A stretch of DNA of 64,000 nucleotides from Antechinus flavipes. Its lineage: Eukaryota. Under the pieces are notes generated by a model. That model saw nothing but the letters and a program-made list of their open reading frames with translations. It was not told the DNA's origin and did not search any database. Where the stretch lies: contig NC_067398.1 in assembly GCF_016432865.1 (NCBI RefSeq), forward strand, positions 36,766,001 to 36,830,000, in the 5' to 3' direction. The position numbers and the translations under genes are program-made. Positions 13,881 through 26,470 of this stretch are shown piece by piece. Within the stretch, counting starts at the first letter, position 1. Each line of letters opens with the position of its first letter.

Positions 13881-14179
13881 CTTCACTAGTGAATTGGCAA
13901 ATGACAAATTTCAAAAGCAATTTGTCTTAGAATTAATAATGTTTCTATGGTAAGGCATTTTGCATTTGTAGTCTTCAATAATGTCAGTCTTAAATAAGTT
14001 AAATACTTGTAAATTCTACTCCACCCATCCTCATTATCGCCAACTTAGTATAATAGATTATCACTGGAATCTTCAAGATGATGAAAATTTACAATGAGGC
14101 ACAATGGAAGAAGAATAAGTTCTGGAGTGAGAATACACAAATTCAAATCTTGTCTCTGGTACTTCTGTAAGCAAGATAC

Positions 14180-14400
14180 TTTCAGTTTCATAGAATCCCA
14201 GAATTTCAGAGTGAAAGGGATATCAGGGACCATCCTGTCCTGCCTATGCCTGAAAAAAAAATATGTCTTTCTAAAATTTATATGACGAATGAATATCCAT
14301 TTTTTATCTGAGAATCTTGCATGAGTGGGAATCTACCTTAAATGCAGCTCATTCAATTTTAGTATTGATAAGAAATTTTAAAATGGGACTTAGAAACATA
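14180..14400 (-). mobile_element. CR1/L3 3' end
   Basis: tcatagaatcccagaatttcagagtgaaagggatatcagggaccatc resembles the L3 terminus. Confidence 0.6.
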
Positions 14401-14609
14401 AGAACTGTGGTCTAAACTTTCTGTATGCACTTTTTTTTTTTTAAGGACTCTTTCAGAATCCTGCACTTAAATTTTATCTTTCTCTTATACATCCAGTTTC
14501 TCTAATCTCTACCCATTTCCCCACTAGTCCATTATTTTGTTTGTTTGTTTACTTTGAACAGGCGCAAATCTCCCTTACCTAAACAATCCTTTTTGACCTT
14601 GATGATAAT

Positions 14610-14920
14610 GCCTGTCCTAAATATTGTGCTTTCCCTCCCTCCCCCCAACTCTTTCTCTCTATTGCGATGCTTCTCCGGTGAGTGCTTCATACCTTTCACT
14701 GGCCATATTTCCTTGCTACCCATTCCCTCCTGTTTATAACTGCTAAAACCATTTCTTGGATACAATTCATCTTTGTAGATTCAATAAACAAGTCTTTTAA
14801 TCAAATCCAAAAATCGTGTCCAGATTCTTATCTTACTCAATCTTTTAATAGCATGTTCCTTTTTACTTTTGACTTCTATGACATTGCATTGTTGTTCTCC
14901 TACCTTTCTTAATGATCTTT
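14610..14920 (+). mobile_element. L2 RT-region fragment
   Basis: aagtcttttaatcaaatccaaaaatcgtgtccagattcttatcttactcaatcttttaatagcatg resembles degenerate L2 ORF2. Confidence 0.55.
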
Positions 14921-16969
14921 TTTTTTAAATCTCTTTTTGCTGAAAATCTACACTACATGGTAGTAGTAGTAGTAGTAATAGTAAAACAATATTTATACTT
15001 AAATAGGGAGCAATTTTAAATAGAGAGGAGAGAAATATACCTGATCAAAGTCATACTATTGTGAGGATTGGGAATGTTTAGTTTTATCATAACTTTTTGC
15101 TGCCCTGCATACTTGTCCATAGTAAATAGTAAATGCATATTGGCTTTAAAAAGTGAATCAATGGCAACTTCTTCAAGTATGTTAGAGACAGAGACAGACA
15201 CCCACACCCACACTCACACACACACACACACACACACACAGAGGGATGGGGGGAGAGACAGAGACAGAGAGAGAGCACCCTAAAAACGAGAGGGATCTAT
15301 AAGAGTATAATTTAGAAAGAACTTAAAGTAATCCTTAGCATAAACTAGCATAAAGTAATCTAGCATAAGCTAGAAAATCTAAAAAGAGATGGTGACATTA
15401 TATTCAAACTCTAGATAGCCTAACAGTCCAAAATTTGAGCTAAACTGGTTTGTCTATTTTAGGGAATAACTAGTAGGCAAATTTGATGCATCGATGTAAG
15501 TCACACAATTTTTTTTTCTTTCCAAATTTTCAGTTGTTACTTGATAAATTCTAAATCTATATCTTTCCCTTGAACATTTCCCCTAAGTTTTAGTCCTATC
15601 CCCAAGTATTTATAGATATCTTCCCACAATCCTGGAATTCATATCCTCCTTCCCTTGCTTCTTCAAACCATCATTTCCTTCAAAGTTTTGTCCAAATACC
15701 ACCTCTTAAACGTAGAATATTCTAATTTTTGAGATAGTTTGCAGCTGCAGTAAGAATCACTCAAATACCAGTTTCTCCTTACTGTCATCCCCAAAAGGTA
15801 TAATCATGAACCTGACAACTTAAAAAGAAAAGAAAGAACTTGTCCATTTGATCACATTTGTGAGAATTGTTGGAACTGTAGCAACTTGCCTGTCCATATA
15901 TTCACTTTTAAAAATTGATGTGATACTTAGTAGAAAAAAAAAAAAAAACTAGAACCATGGGAAATTGTGAATCTTTACCAGTCTCAAAGCCTTTTCACAA
16001 TTCACCAAAAATGGAAAGCCTGTTGAAAAACTGTAGGTATCAAAAAATTGATCAAATGAAGAGTCATTCCTTCTAAAACACATTTCATGGATCTAATGGA
16101 AATTTCTGCAAAAAGTAAATTACTAAAACCATTATGTAGAAGTGCTTCTGCTATATATTTAGGGTATCCCTACATTTTGAGATTTTGAATAAAAAATTCC
16201 ATTTTGCCTTAATAGTGGCAAGCTTAGCAATATCCACATTGAGCACCAAATAAAATTCTCATATTCACTATCTTTTGGTAAAATTAAATTTTATATTATA
16301 TGCATTAAAGAATTCATGAAGATTTTTTGGGAGAGACAGAGACAGAGGCAGAGAGAATATTCTAATGATTTTAGCTGCTAAATGCCTCTCCCAAAAATTC
16401 CTTTAATTTGTTTTATGTGTGTAACCAAAAGTGTTAATGAAATTTTAAGCTTCAATATATATACTTCTCTATTCTCCTTAATATAAGATCAGTTTCCTGA
16501 AGTCAGGAATTATTGGTTGTTTCATTTTCATTGTTCTATAGTAGAGGGTTAATAAATGCTTTGATTATTTGATTGATTGACTAGAGTGTTCAATTAATGA
16601 TTTTACATCTAGAGAGCAATAGTAGGCTGGGTTGCTGAGTGACAAAAGAGGTTTGGGGGGTTGGGGTTTTTGTTTTGTTTTGATTGTTCTTTTTTTGGTA
16701 GTGGTGCCATTAGGTAGGGTGTTACATTGAAAAGAAGCACTCTCCTCCTCAGAGATGCTGAACTCTGATTGTTTAAAGAAGAAAAGAAAGAAAGAGAAAG
16801 ATTTATACAGATGTTAATGGTTAGCAGGCAGATTTTATAATGAAAAGGAATCTTTAATTGTGGGCAACTTAGGGCTTGCGGTTGCAAGATTTCTCTCCTC
16901 AATTCATACAGAACTAACCTTCATCTTGGTAATAAGCATTTATGATCTTATTCTATTCTATGGAATATA

Positions 16970-17190
16970 AGGCAGCCTGATATAGTTAAACAAAGGGCAG
17001 AACTTGAATGTCAGAAGATCTAACTTAAAATTCTACCCCTGACACCTGCTAATGATGTCACCCTGGGAAATTCAGTCTTTCTGAGCTCCCCATCATAAGG
17101 CTTTCAGATTTATATACCTGATGCCTCTCGAACTGTGTCAGTGGAGGAAGATTTCATGCCAATGGAATAAAAGATCCTTAAAGTAGTAAT
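16970..17190 (+). mobile_element. CORE-SINE with RTE-type tail (WALLSI-like)
   Basis: tRNA/CORE head followed by tgtgtcagtggaggaagatttcatgccaatgg tail. Confidence 0.5.
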
Positions 17191-17599
17191 GCATTCTGTG
17201 GTAATATTTTTCCTTCAAACCTTCAGCAGCTGTCTTTGAAAATGTGCTTCTTTGTTCATAATAGCAGCCAATGGTGGCTTAGTTCATACTATGCATACTT
17301 CCCTGAGAAATATAGTCATGAAAATTACTAATTGGAGAGAATAAAGAGTTATTAGAAAAGAATAAAAAAAGGAAGTCCCAGTTGATATCAGACAAACATG
17401 CATTTGTTGTTGACCAAGTCTCTTCCCTTTTGTGATTTCCTCATCAACAACCAACAACTCAAAGTAGAAAGAAAAAAAGGTGATAGTGGGGATGAGGCAG
17501 TAGTTGACCTCTCTTTTGGTTGAGTCAGAACTATCCACTTCATGATGCAAATTTAGTTTAACATTTTAGAATATTTTATCATCACCATCATGTCATACA

Positions 17600-17960
17600 C
17601 AGGATAGTAAAGCACTTTTTTTGGATCTGAAATTAGAGACCAAGTCTTTTCTCTGCCACTTGTGTGACTTGTGTGATTATGGACAAGCTATATCACCTCC
17701 CTGAAATTCTGAGTCTTAATCTGTAAAATGAGAGTTCTTATAATAGTTAATGATATTTAGTATTGATATAGCTAGGATTTACAAAGTTTTATACATGTTA
17801 TCTTGTTTAATTCTTATAACACCCCAGTCAGAAAGATTTTATTAATTTCCTGATTTTAGAGAAAAGGAAACTGAAACAGAGGTTGTGACCCAGGTTCAAA
17901 TAGTTGTTAAGTATTTGAGATTGGATTCAAACTCAGCTTTTTTCTAGTCAAGCAAATATA
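17600..17960. mobile_element. Adjacent MIR-like fragments in opposite orientations
   Basis: atctgtaaaatgagagt (+) followed by gaaaaggaaactgaaacagaggttgtgacccaggttc (-). Confidence 0.55.
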
Positions 17961-18791
17961 ACTTCTGAATCTCATATAGTTTCCAAGTTTTCTTACATTC
18001 CTTACTCATGATCTTATGATAATCTCCGGACCAAATTCAATTAAAATCTAATGATTCTGTTCAATTTTTCTTTTAATGAATGACTCAGTTTCAGTGGAAT
18101 TCAGTTTGAAAGTCTTTAAAGCTAAATATGGGAGCTATTTAAAGGATAAACTACTTTAGTCAGAAATCATTTTATTCACAATTTGCTATGTTTCTTATTG
18201 AGTATTTAATGGCTCTACTTTTTTCTCAAGTCTAGATTCTTGCCTATACCAATATTCACAATAGGTCATAATAATGAGACAAAGAGTTTCAACTTTATTA
18301 TGGTACATCCTGTGTTATCAGTGGGGAGGATGCATTTATCTTTAAGTGTAAGAAGCAAGTACTCAATGGTGGTTGTGATGGATTCATAAATATTATTCCC
18401 TGCTGAAAATAGCATGACTTTATTATTTCCTATTTCCTACATTTCCTCAAAACATCAGTGTTATTAAACCTGTATTTTAGATTTTTTAAAAATACAGGTT
18501 AAATTCCAAATTAAACTACTCCATGAAATATTGCTCTATAAATAGAATCATTTTATAAGGGCTGAAAGTGTTTGTCTTCAGATCCAGAATAATTATTTAT
18601 ATTTGGAGACTGAAGGATTATTTATCATCACTATTAATTTAGTTTAAATAAAGGTATGGTCTTTATATCTTTCAGCAAATTTCTTAAGTTCCATTGAATT
18701 TGGTGGTTAAATGAGCTTCAAAAACATGAACATTATATTTCTATGGTTTTTGCTAAAAACTGTTAGTGTTTATGTGTGTGTGTACATGTGA

Positions 18792-18792
<1 letters not shown>

Positions 18793-18837
<45 letters not shown>
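18793..18837. repeat. (TG)n microsatellite
   Basis: Direct read. Confidence 0.97.
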
Positions 18838-18841
<4 letters not shown>

Positions 18842-19714
18842 TCTCATAAGGGCATTCCAGGAAGTGTGAGTTACCTTTCTGACACATATGGTCTAAGTTT
18901 GAGCTTGATTTCCTCTTAAGAATAGTTATCTGTGGAAGAGTATGTCACAGATAATTTTATTAAAATGCATCAATTATATAAATTTATTTTCTTTAATAAA
19001 AAAGACCTTTTTAAAGGTTAACCAAGACTAAAAAATTCACAATTCACAACAACAGCAGGAAAAACATCAATGGAGCTTTTAAGCTATCTGTAATTTGAAA
19101 GAAATACTCATTCTTTCAGTTAAATACTAGAATTCTGAGAGGATATGTAGTTTATTGTAGGCCCCTGACTTTTCAATGCATTAGGGAGTTAAAATAGTCA
19201 CTTTACCACCCTCTATTATGAAAACTTACTCATTCATCATATTCCAATATACCAAAAAGTTTATTACACATCTCTTTCCCCAAAAAATTATAAGACTTTA
19301 AAATCTGCTTTCTGAATATAAACTTTCTACTAAAAATATTTTATTTATTATTCTCTTCCTTATTCTTTCTTTAACTTTCCCATTATCATCCTTTATTTAA
19401 GGAAGGGATGTTTGCTTGCATTTTAGACAAGTTGCTATCTAATTTTAAAATCTTTTACATTTGCCTCTCTTCACTTTCTCTTCCTTCTTTTATGGATTTT
19501 CACTCTCTTGAGAATAAAACAAAGTCATTCATCTCCAATAAGTATAGAAAACCACATATGCTGACAAAAGTAAATACAAAATAGTTTGCCTCATTTAACC
19601 AACACATTCAATGGAGGTTACAACTTTTGGCTCAAGAGATCAGCAAAACCACAGTGACTTTTCAGACAATGTATATTTATTCTGTTGAAACAGATTTTTA
19701 AGAAACAATTTTAC

Positions 19715-19759
19715 CTAGACTTTTGGAACACGTGATGGTGAGGAAACCACCTGTGCAAC
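19715..19759 (-). other. Candidate 45-nt minus-strand exon
   Basis: Minus strand agtctctcttttag|GTTGCACAGGTGGTTTCCTCACCATCACGTGTTCCAAAAGTCTAG|gtaaaa; both splice sites near consensus, length divisible by 3, flanks without recognisable repeats. Confidence 0.4.
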
Positions 19760-20320
19760 CTAAAAGAGAGACTTTTCATATGATAAGCACAAAATAGAAC
19801 ACAATCGTTGGGTTTCTCCAGAGATTTATGGGAAACCACATACGACCCTTCTATAAACAATCCCTTTGGAAAAGTTTCCATTTTATGTCGGTGTGCACTG
19901 TCATCTGTGTAGACTTATGGCTGGAACAAATTCCTGTAGAGGGTTTGGATGTTGGCATGGGAATGCCTTTTACTCAATCTTATATAATGGATGTGTGCAA
20001 TTCTTCAAGGGTAGAATATATGCCGCATTTTATTCACAAACTTTTAAATAAATTGGTTGTTAGCTATCACCTTTAAAATCTGGCACAGGAATAGAATGTC
20101 CTGGCTGATTTGAACAGGAATTAGTTAGGAAGCCAAGGAAGTTTGTTCTAGTAAAAGCATTGATATCAAAAGGAAAATTGTCTCCCTAACATACTAAATT
20201 TCTTTTTTGTGGGATTTTTTGTAACTAAGATTTATTATATACATTGATAAGCATTTTAGAGCTTTCCCTAGTATTTGACTTGCAGATTTAACTAGGTTAC
20301 TCTATAACAACAAAATTGAA

Positions 20321-20324
<4 letters not shown>

Positions 20325-20379
<55 letters not shown>

Positions 20380-20382
20380 ATA
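20325..20382. repeat. Compound (TA)n(TATG)n microsatellite
   Basis: Direct read. Confidence 0.95.
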
Positions 20383-21309
20383 TTTGCATTGATTGGAATT
20401 TGAGCCCTTAATGTTGGTCTTCAATGATGACCATATGTTTACTACAACCTAAACATATCAACTGAGATATTTCAAAAATTAAGCAATTTCCTTAATTTAG
20501 TTGCCTTTAATGACAATATAGTAGAAAATTGTGATTATTACTGCTTTTGTCATTTTTACTATATTATTAAAAAAGTGTATTTTCAAAAAAATTTTACCTT
20601 ATTATTCATCATACATTTAAACTTCAAAGGTTATATGTCTATTTTAAGAATCCTAAAATACTATGGACTTTTTGTTCCTTTATATTCAACTGCTGCAAAC
20701 AAAGAGAGTATCTTTTCCAATTTTCTAAAGATGGACTAGGGCCAAAGGCAATCTTCAATAAAATGTATTGCCTGTTCTTTTCCATTTCAGTTTTTCTGAG
20801 AGTAACAAGCAGTCAAAACACATGACCTACATGAACTAAAATAAAGAAATAGGATAAGTATAAGTTGTTCTAAATTCCCTTATCTGGAATGGATCTTCTT
20901 TTTCATTTCCTCCTTCCATTTTCAGCACAAATACCTTATCCTTTGTCCATACAGAATGTAGGGAGAACATCATTCTGTACAGAGATTTATTTTGTGACTT
21001 CTTTCATTCAATGCTCTTAAAGTAAGATAAATTGTAGGCCTTTTAATTTTATTTTTAAGTGGTCTAGTTATATTTATCCAACTTTTCATTCAAATGCAAA
21101 TGCTAAAATATATGGCATTCTAACCAATAGAGAGCCTCAAGACAGAATAATAGTTTAATGATCTCTTCCTAAAAAGATAATGATGCTAAAAAAGGGCATT
21201 CTTTTTATCTAATTGGCCTGATCTCCCTCCAAACCTTCAGAAAGCTGGCATTAATAATCTCCATGGGGTAAAACATCCCATAAAATGGAAAAACTCAGAT
21301 ACAGGGTGT

Positions 21310-23385
21310 CAATTTTTTTTATCAATTTTTATTTTGTTAATATGGAATACCAGAGGAAATTTCTTGTATTAAAATCAGATATCATTATTTATATATTAAA
21401 TTAGATTTATTACCACAATTATATAAGCAATTTGTTCATCCATTCCCCAATTGATAGATATTGTCACCATTTCCAATTCTTTGTCACCATGAAAGAACTG
21501 CTATGAATATCTTTGTACATATAGATCCATTTAAAAAAAAAAAAAAAACTCTATGTTATGCAGACCTAAAACTTATATTGCTTGGTCAAAGAGTATGCAT
21601 GATTTTATAACCCTTTAGATGTAGTTCTTAATTGTTTTACAGAATGATTAAATCAGTATCACAACTTCCCCAAAATGCTTTAATATTTCAAATTTTTCAT
21701 ATACTCGCTAACATTTCTTATTTCCATTTTCCCCCATATTAGCCACTCTGATAGAGATGGGCTGGTAGTTCAGAGTTGCTTTGATTTGCATGTCTCTAAT
21801 CAATAGTGATTTAGATTATTTTTCCCACATGATTATATGTAATGGGCTGAAGCTGAGCAAATGCACTGAGGTCCGAGCACTTAAGGCTAATTACCAATTG
21901 GACAATATTCTATTAGTATATGCTTGGAGAAAGAATGGCCCCACCCACTCTCTGTGCAAGTTTAATCTGCTGTATAGGAGATTGGGTAGAGGATTTAGGG
22001 GATGGAGTGTGAGAGCCAGATGCACTGCTGGCCAGATTCATGTTGCAATTGCTCTCACTTCGTATTGCCATTATCATTCACCTCTGCAAAGAATAAAGAT
22101 CAAGGACTTTTGCTTATCCTGACTCCGGCTGATTTTAAAATACTCTGGGTGCTAACGCAGTCATCACAATTACAGATAGTTTTTATTAATTCACCTGAAA
22201 ATGGCCTCTCCCTATCCTTTGGTCCTTTATAAATTGAGGAATAGCTCTTATTTCTATAAATTTGATCCAATTGTCTATATATCTGAAAAATGAGTTTTTA
22301 TCAGAGAGATAATGGTAATTTTTTCAAAATTATTATTCTTTGTATTGACCTCCATCCCCTTTGCCTTCTGTTTGCCCTATTCTGATTTTGAAGGTGTTTT
22401 TTTTAGTCCCTTCTTTTTTTGTGCTGTTGTTTCTTCTTTACCAAATTGTTGACTCTTTTTTTGTTCATGATTTACTTTCAATCACCTTTATCCTCCACTA
22501 TTCTTACTTGATTTTTAAAATCCTTTTTGAGCTCTTCCATGACCTGAAACTATTTTTCTTTGAGATTTTGGATATAGCAGTTTTGATTTTGTTGTCTTCT
22601 AAATTTGTGGTTTGACCCCATAGTAACTTTTTGTCAGAATCTTTTTCTCCTATGTGTTCGTTTTTCAGCTCACTAATTAACTTTTAGTTCATTACTAAAG
22701 TGGGACTCTGTTTCCAGAGAAGAGGGGGCATTGTCCCCAGCTTCAAGTTTTTGTGCAATTGTTTTCAGAAACAATTCTGGACATCTGTAAGCTTTCCATT
22801 CTTGGAAGGTTATATGATCTAGGGAGAAGTGTGTTTACTATTCCCCTGTCTGTGTTCTGGTCTGTGATAGAAAACAAGCATCCTTTTCTGCCCTGGAACT
22901 GATTCTGAGTTCCCTGCTCCATTGCAGCTATTAACCCTGGTGTGTTAGTGCTCCTTCTTTCTCTGATATTGAGACTCTGTATTGGGGTTGCAATTTAGAT
23001 CCAAATATGGACAAACCAAAAGAGTTCTGACCCCAGTGCCAGTAAAGAGACTTGGAATCTCCTTTGGGCTAATTATCTGACCCCTTACTGTTTGTGGCCC
23101 CAAAAGTCTGGAAACTGTTACTATTTCCATTGATTCAGTTGTCTCCAAGAACAACTACCAGTTTTCTGCCATGGCTTGAACTGGACTGTGTTCCTCTCTT
23201 AACATGATGTGACCTTTCCTATTGAACTTCTAATATGTCTTAAACAGGAAAATTGCTTCACCTCATCCTTTTGTGGGTTCTGCTACTCCAGAATTTGTTC
23301 TGAGGCATTACTGAAAAATGTTTGGAGAGGTTTGGGGGAGAGCTCAGGTGAATCCCTGCCCATTTGGTTCCCCCCTATATATTTT
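21310..23385 (-). mobile_element. Old L1 with 5'UTR, partial ORF1, ORF2 C-terminus and 3' end; interrupted by an LTR
   Basis: 21.4-22.3 kb is antisense ORF2 C-terminus (gatttgcatgtctctaatcaatagtgat); 22.33-23.38 kb resembles antisense ORF1 N-terminus and 5'UTR, ending tttggagaggtttgggggagagctcaggtgaatccctgcc (marsupial L1 5' end). Confidence 0.75.
21838..22168 (+). mobile_element. Solo ERV LTR (331 bp)
   Basis: Begins TGTAATGGG, ends GTCATCACA; AATAAA at 22092-22097; flanked by attata (21832-21837) and attaca (22169-22174); splits a contiguous L1 segment. Confidence 0.88.
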
Positions 23386-23949
23386 AAGATGAAAATTCTA
23401 CATGAAAATTGTTACCATATATTCTTGGATGTGCCAAAATGGTTTATGATTTGGTTTTGCTTTGTATATAGAGAATAATTATTGTAACAGAGTTAAGGGG
23501 CAGGATATGAGGATTTTAATTGGAATTATCTAAATCATGATATGCAATGACAACCTCAATCTATATGGAAGTAGAAACCTGAAATAATTATAGAAAGATA
23601 ACCAAGTTTATTAGCCCTTTTCTTTGTATAGGCTGCTTTTGCCTCATTCATAAAATACTGATTAGTTCACTAATCTTAGTTCTATGAGACTTCAACCCTA
23701 GTTCCTTGTTTTATCAATATGATTACTATGTTATTTTTCTGTAATGTAAAACATTTCATATTCCATTTCTTCCTTGAAACAGAAACTATTCTTATGGAAT
23801 CTATATGATTTGGTCTCTTCTATTTCTGTTCTGAACTATTTCCTCAGACTGTTGATCCTCTTCTGAGAAACTACAGCAATTGTCAGATAGATATAGAATA
23901 GAGCCTTTTATCATTTCACTGAGTTTTGCCCCTTTAAATAAAGCTATCA

Positions 23950-24175
23950 GCTGAGAAAATTTTATAGAAGGTCTATTGGAGATAATAGGACCATATATTG
24001 ATAAGTTAGAACTGATGGTCCATATAGTCCAACTTTCTTATTTTTTAAATAAGGAAACTGTTGCTCAGAAAGGTTAAAGGACTGGTCCTTGATCATTGAG
24101 GTAGTAAGTAGCAATGCTGACATAGCAAAACAAATCCTCAGACTCCAAATCCAATATGCTTTCACATTACTCACC
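23950..24175 (-). mobile_element. MIR-like SINE
   Basis: aaataaggaaactgttgctcagaaaggttaaaggactggtccttgatcatt is antisense MIR core. Confidence 0.6.
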
Positions 24176-26322
24176 TATCCCCTTTTTTAAATTCAACATT
24201 CTATCTCCTATTTCATTCCTTTTTGTTGTTCATCCTTGATTCTTGAAATACACTCCCTCCATATATTCCAACTGCTAATGTCTTCTCTCTCATATTAATT
24301 TATATTTAACTTTTTAAATAAATTTAAATTTATTAACTTTTTACATATTGTATATGACATATATGTGTATGTAATTCATACTGTTACCTACTCCCTTAGA
24401 ACACAAATTCATCACTTCCATACATTAGAGATTGCTTTATATTTTATATTTATTTTCACGGTATCTACCACAGTACTTGATACCTGTTAATGTTTGTTGA
24501 TTAATTAATTGACTGTTGTTCCATCCAATTTCCCATTTATATAGTCAAGTATTTATTTTCCCCTGAGGAGCAATAAAAATATCCATTTTCATATATTTGT
24601 ACCATTATGATCTGATTAGCTTATGTTAGAATACGTATGTGACTATTCTAGGTAGAATTTTTTAAAGCTATATTTGCAATACTGAAAAGGAGAATTGAAG
24701 TGTAAAAAAGATTCTAATTCGTTTCCCAGTGGCTGAAAAGGGCTACACTTGGTTTTGGCACATGGGTAAAAGAAGTGTATGTGTCTGAAATCTACAATCA
24801 ATTGCAGTTGTGTGATTAAATATCATGGTATGGGTTGGCAAGAACTATAAAACTACCTGGGCAAAGTACCAAAAGGGGTTGGAGCAGAACAAAAGAATGA
24901 AGTCAAACTAAGGTAGTATGAGTTTAGCTTTTCAATACAAACATGGCCTTGGAATTCTTGCCTTGAAGAGAGGCCCTGTGTTTTATTATTCTGTATTCAA
25001 TGTTTTATTGGGTTTGTCTATGTTATTCAATACAGAAAACAAATTGTGTAAGAATATACAAAGTCTTATTTAAGACTTTTGAAGCTATGTGTTAACATAC
25101 TACAAAGGCATGGAAAAAGATATCTGACAAGATATACAAATAAGAGATCATATTTCAAGATCAGCTGCCTTCCATCATCTTAAAATAGAAAGAAATGGAT
25201 CCACAAAGTAAAATAACAACAAGAAAAGGTAGAAAAGGACCCATCACAAAGAAAGCTTCATACAATAGAGTGAAAAAAAAAATGGAAGATTTTGGGAAAA
25301 CATAAAATAATATAGGAAAATCACAATAGAAAGGGAATACTTCAACAACAGGAAGACTTTCCCAAATTAAAATGATAATCGAAAATTTTCAGCATGTTTA
25401 AAGGAGCTTTAGAAGATGAAAAAAAATATTGATATAAATTATTGTAGAAATAGATTTCTCAAAGAGGTATTCAAAAATCTGATCAAAGGCCTCCTTGGTA
25501 TTAGATGTTCCTAACTTAGAAATTTTCACTAGAAGTTCTGTATGTCTAGAACACTTCTCTTTCACATTTCTCTGCTTCTTGGATTTTCCAGCTTCCTGCA
25601 AGTCCCAGATAAAATCCCACTTCTATAAGAAATCTTTCCCAATTCACCTCAGAGATAATGCCATCTATTGAAAATCTCCAATTTATCATGTAAATATTTT
25701 TTCCGTACAAATATCTACATGTTATCTTCCCCATTATATTGTGAAGTATCTGAGATCAAAACTTTTCTTTATATTTTACTTTATTTTCTCTTTTCTTTAT
25801 ATCATTATAGTTCAACACTATACTTTATATACATTAATACATAATAAATATTAATTGAAAAATATGAAAAATAATTTAGAACAAGTAGTAGAGATCTTGT
25901 TTAAATTTGTATATAATTCAAAAAAAAAAAAAAGAGAGAGAGTTAGAATCTCAGAATTGTAGAGATGGAAGATTAGCAGAACAAAGTCAAAGCAATGTAA
26001 TGTGGTTAGGTCTGCATAAAATGTAGCAATTGATCTTAAAAGCAGAACATGGAAATTATAAAAAAAGTAATATTGACATTTTTCCCAAAACATGACCAAA
26101 AAAATCCTGAATATTATAGTTCAGAAAATGAGATTAAATTTTTTCCTCAACTATTGGGACCAGATAACAAAGTACTGCTATACCAATGAATAGAGCCAAA
26201 TAGAAAAAAAAAAAAAAAAAAAAAAAAAAAAGCAATGTTAATTTATTCAGAAATATGGTCAAGTTTTAAATCTTCAAGATTGAAAAACAAATATTACTAA
26301 CATGCTTTAAGGAGTTCTTTAT

Positions 26323-26470
26323 AGGATAGTTAGGTGGCATAATGGATAGAACTGTGTCTTTAGAATCAGGAGGACCTGAGTTCAAATCCAGCCTCATACA
26401 TTTGACATTTACTAACTGTGTGACCCTGGGAAAGTCACTTAACCTCTACTATCTTGTAAGAAGAAAAAAC
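26323..26470 (+). mobile_element. WSINE1-like marsupial SINE
   Basis: taggtggcataatggatag (A box)...ggacctgagttcaaatccagcctca (B box)...tgtgtgaccctgggaaagtcacttaacc plus A-rich tail. Confidence 0.85.

Noticed and set aside
26323-26470. tRNA-like A and B boxes in SINE heads (also 28473, 31775, 36508, 47185)
   Set aside because: tRNA-derived SINE promoters, not tRNA genes; no cloverleaf and they continue into CORE sequence
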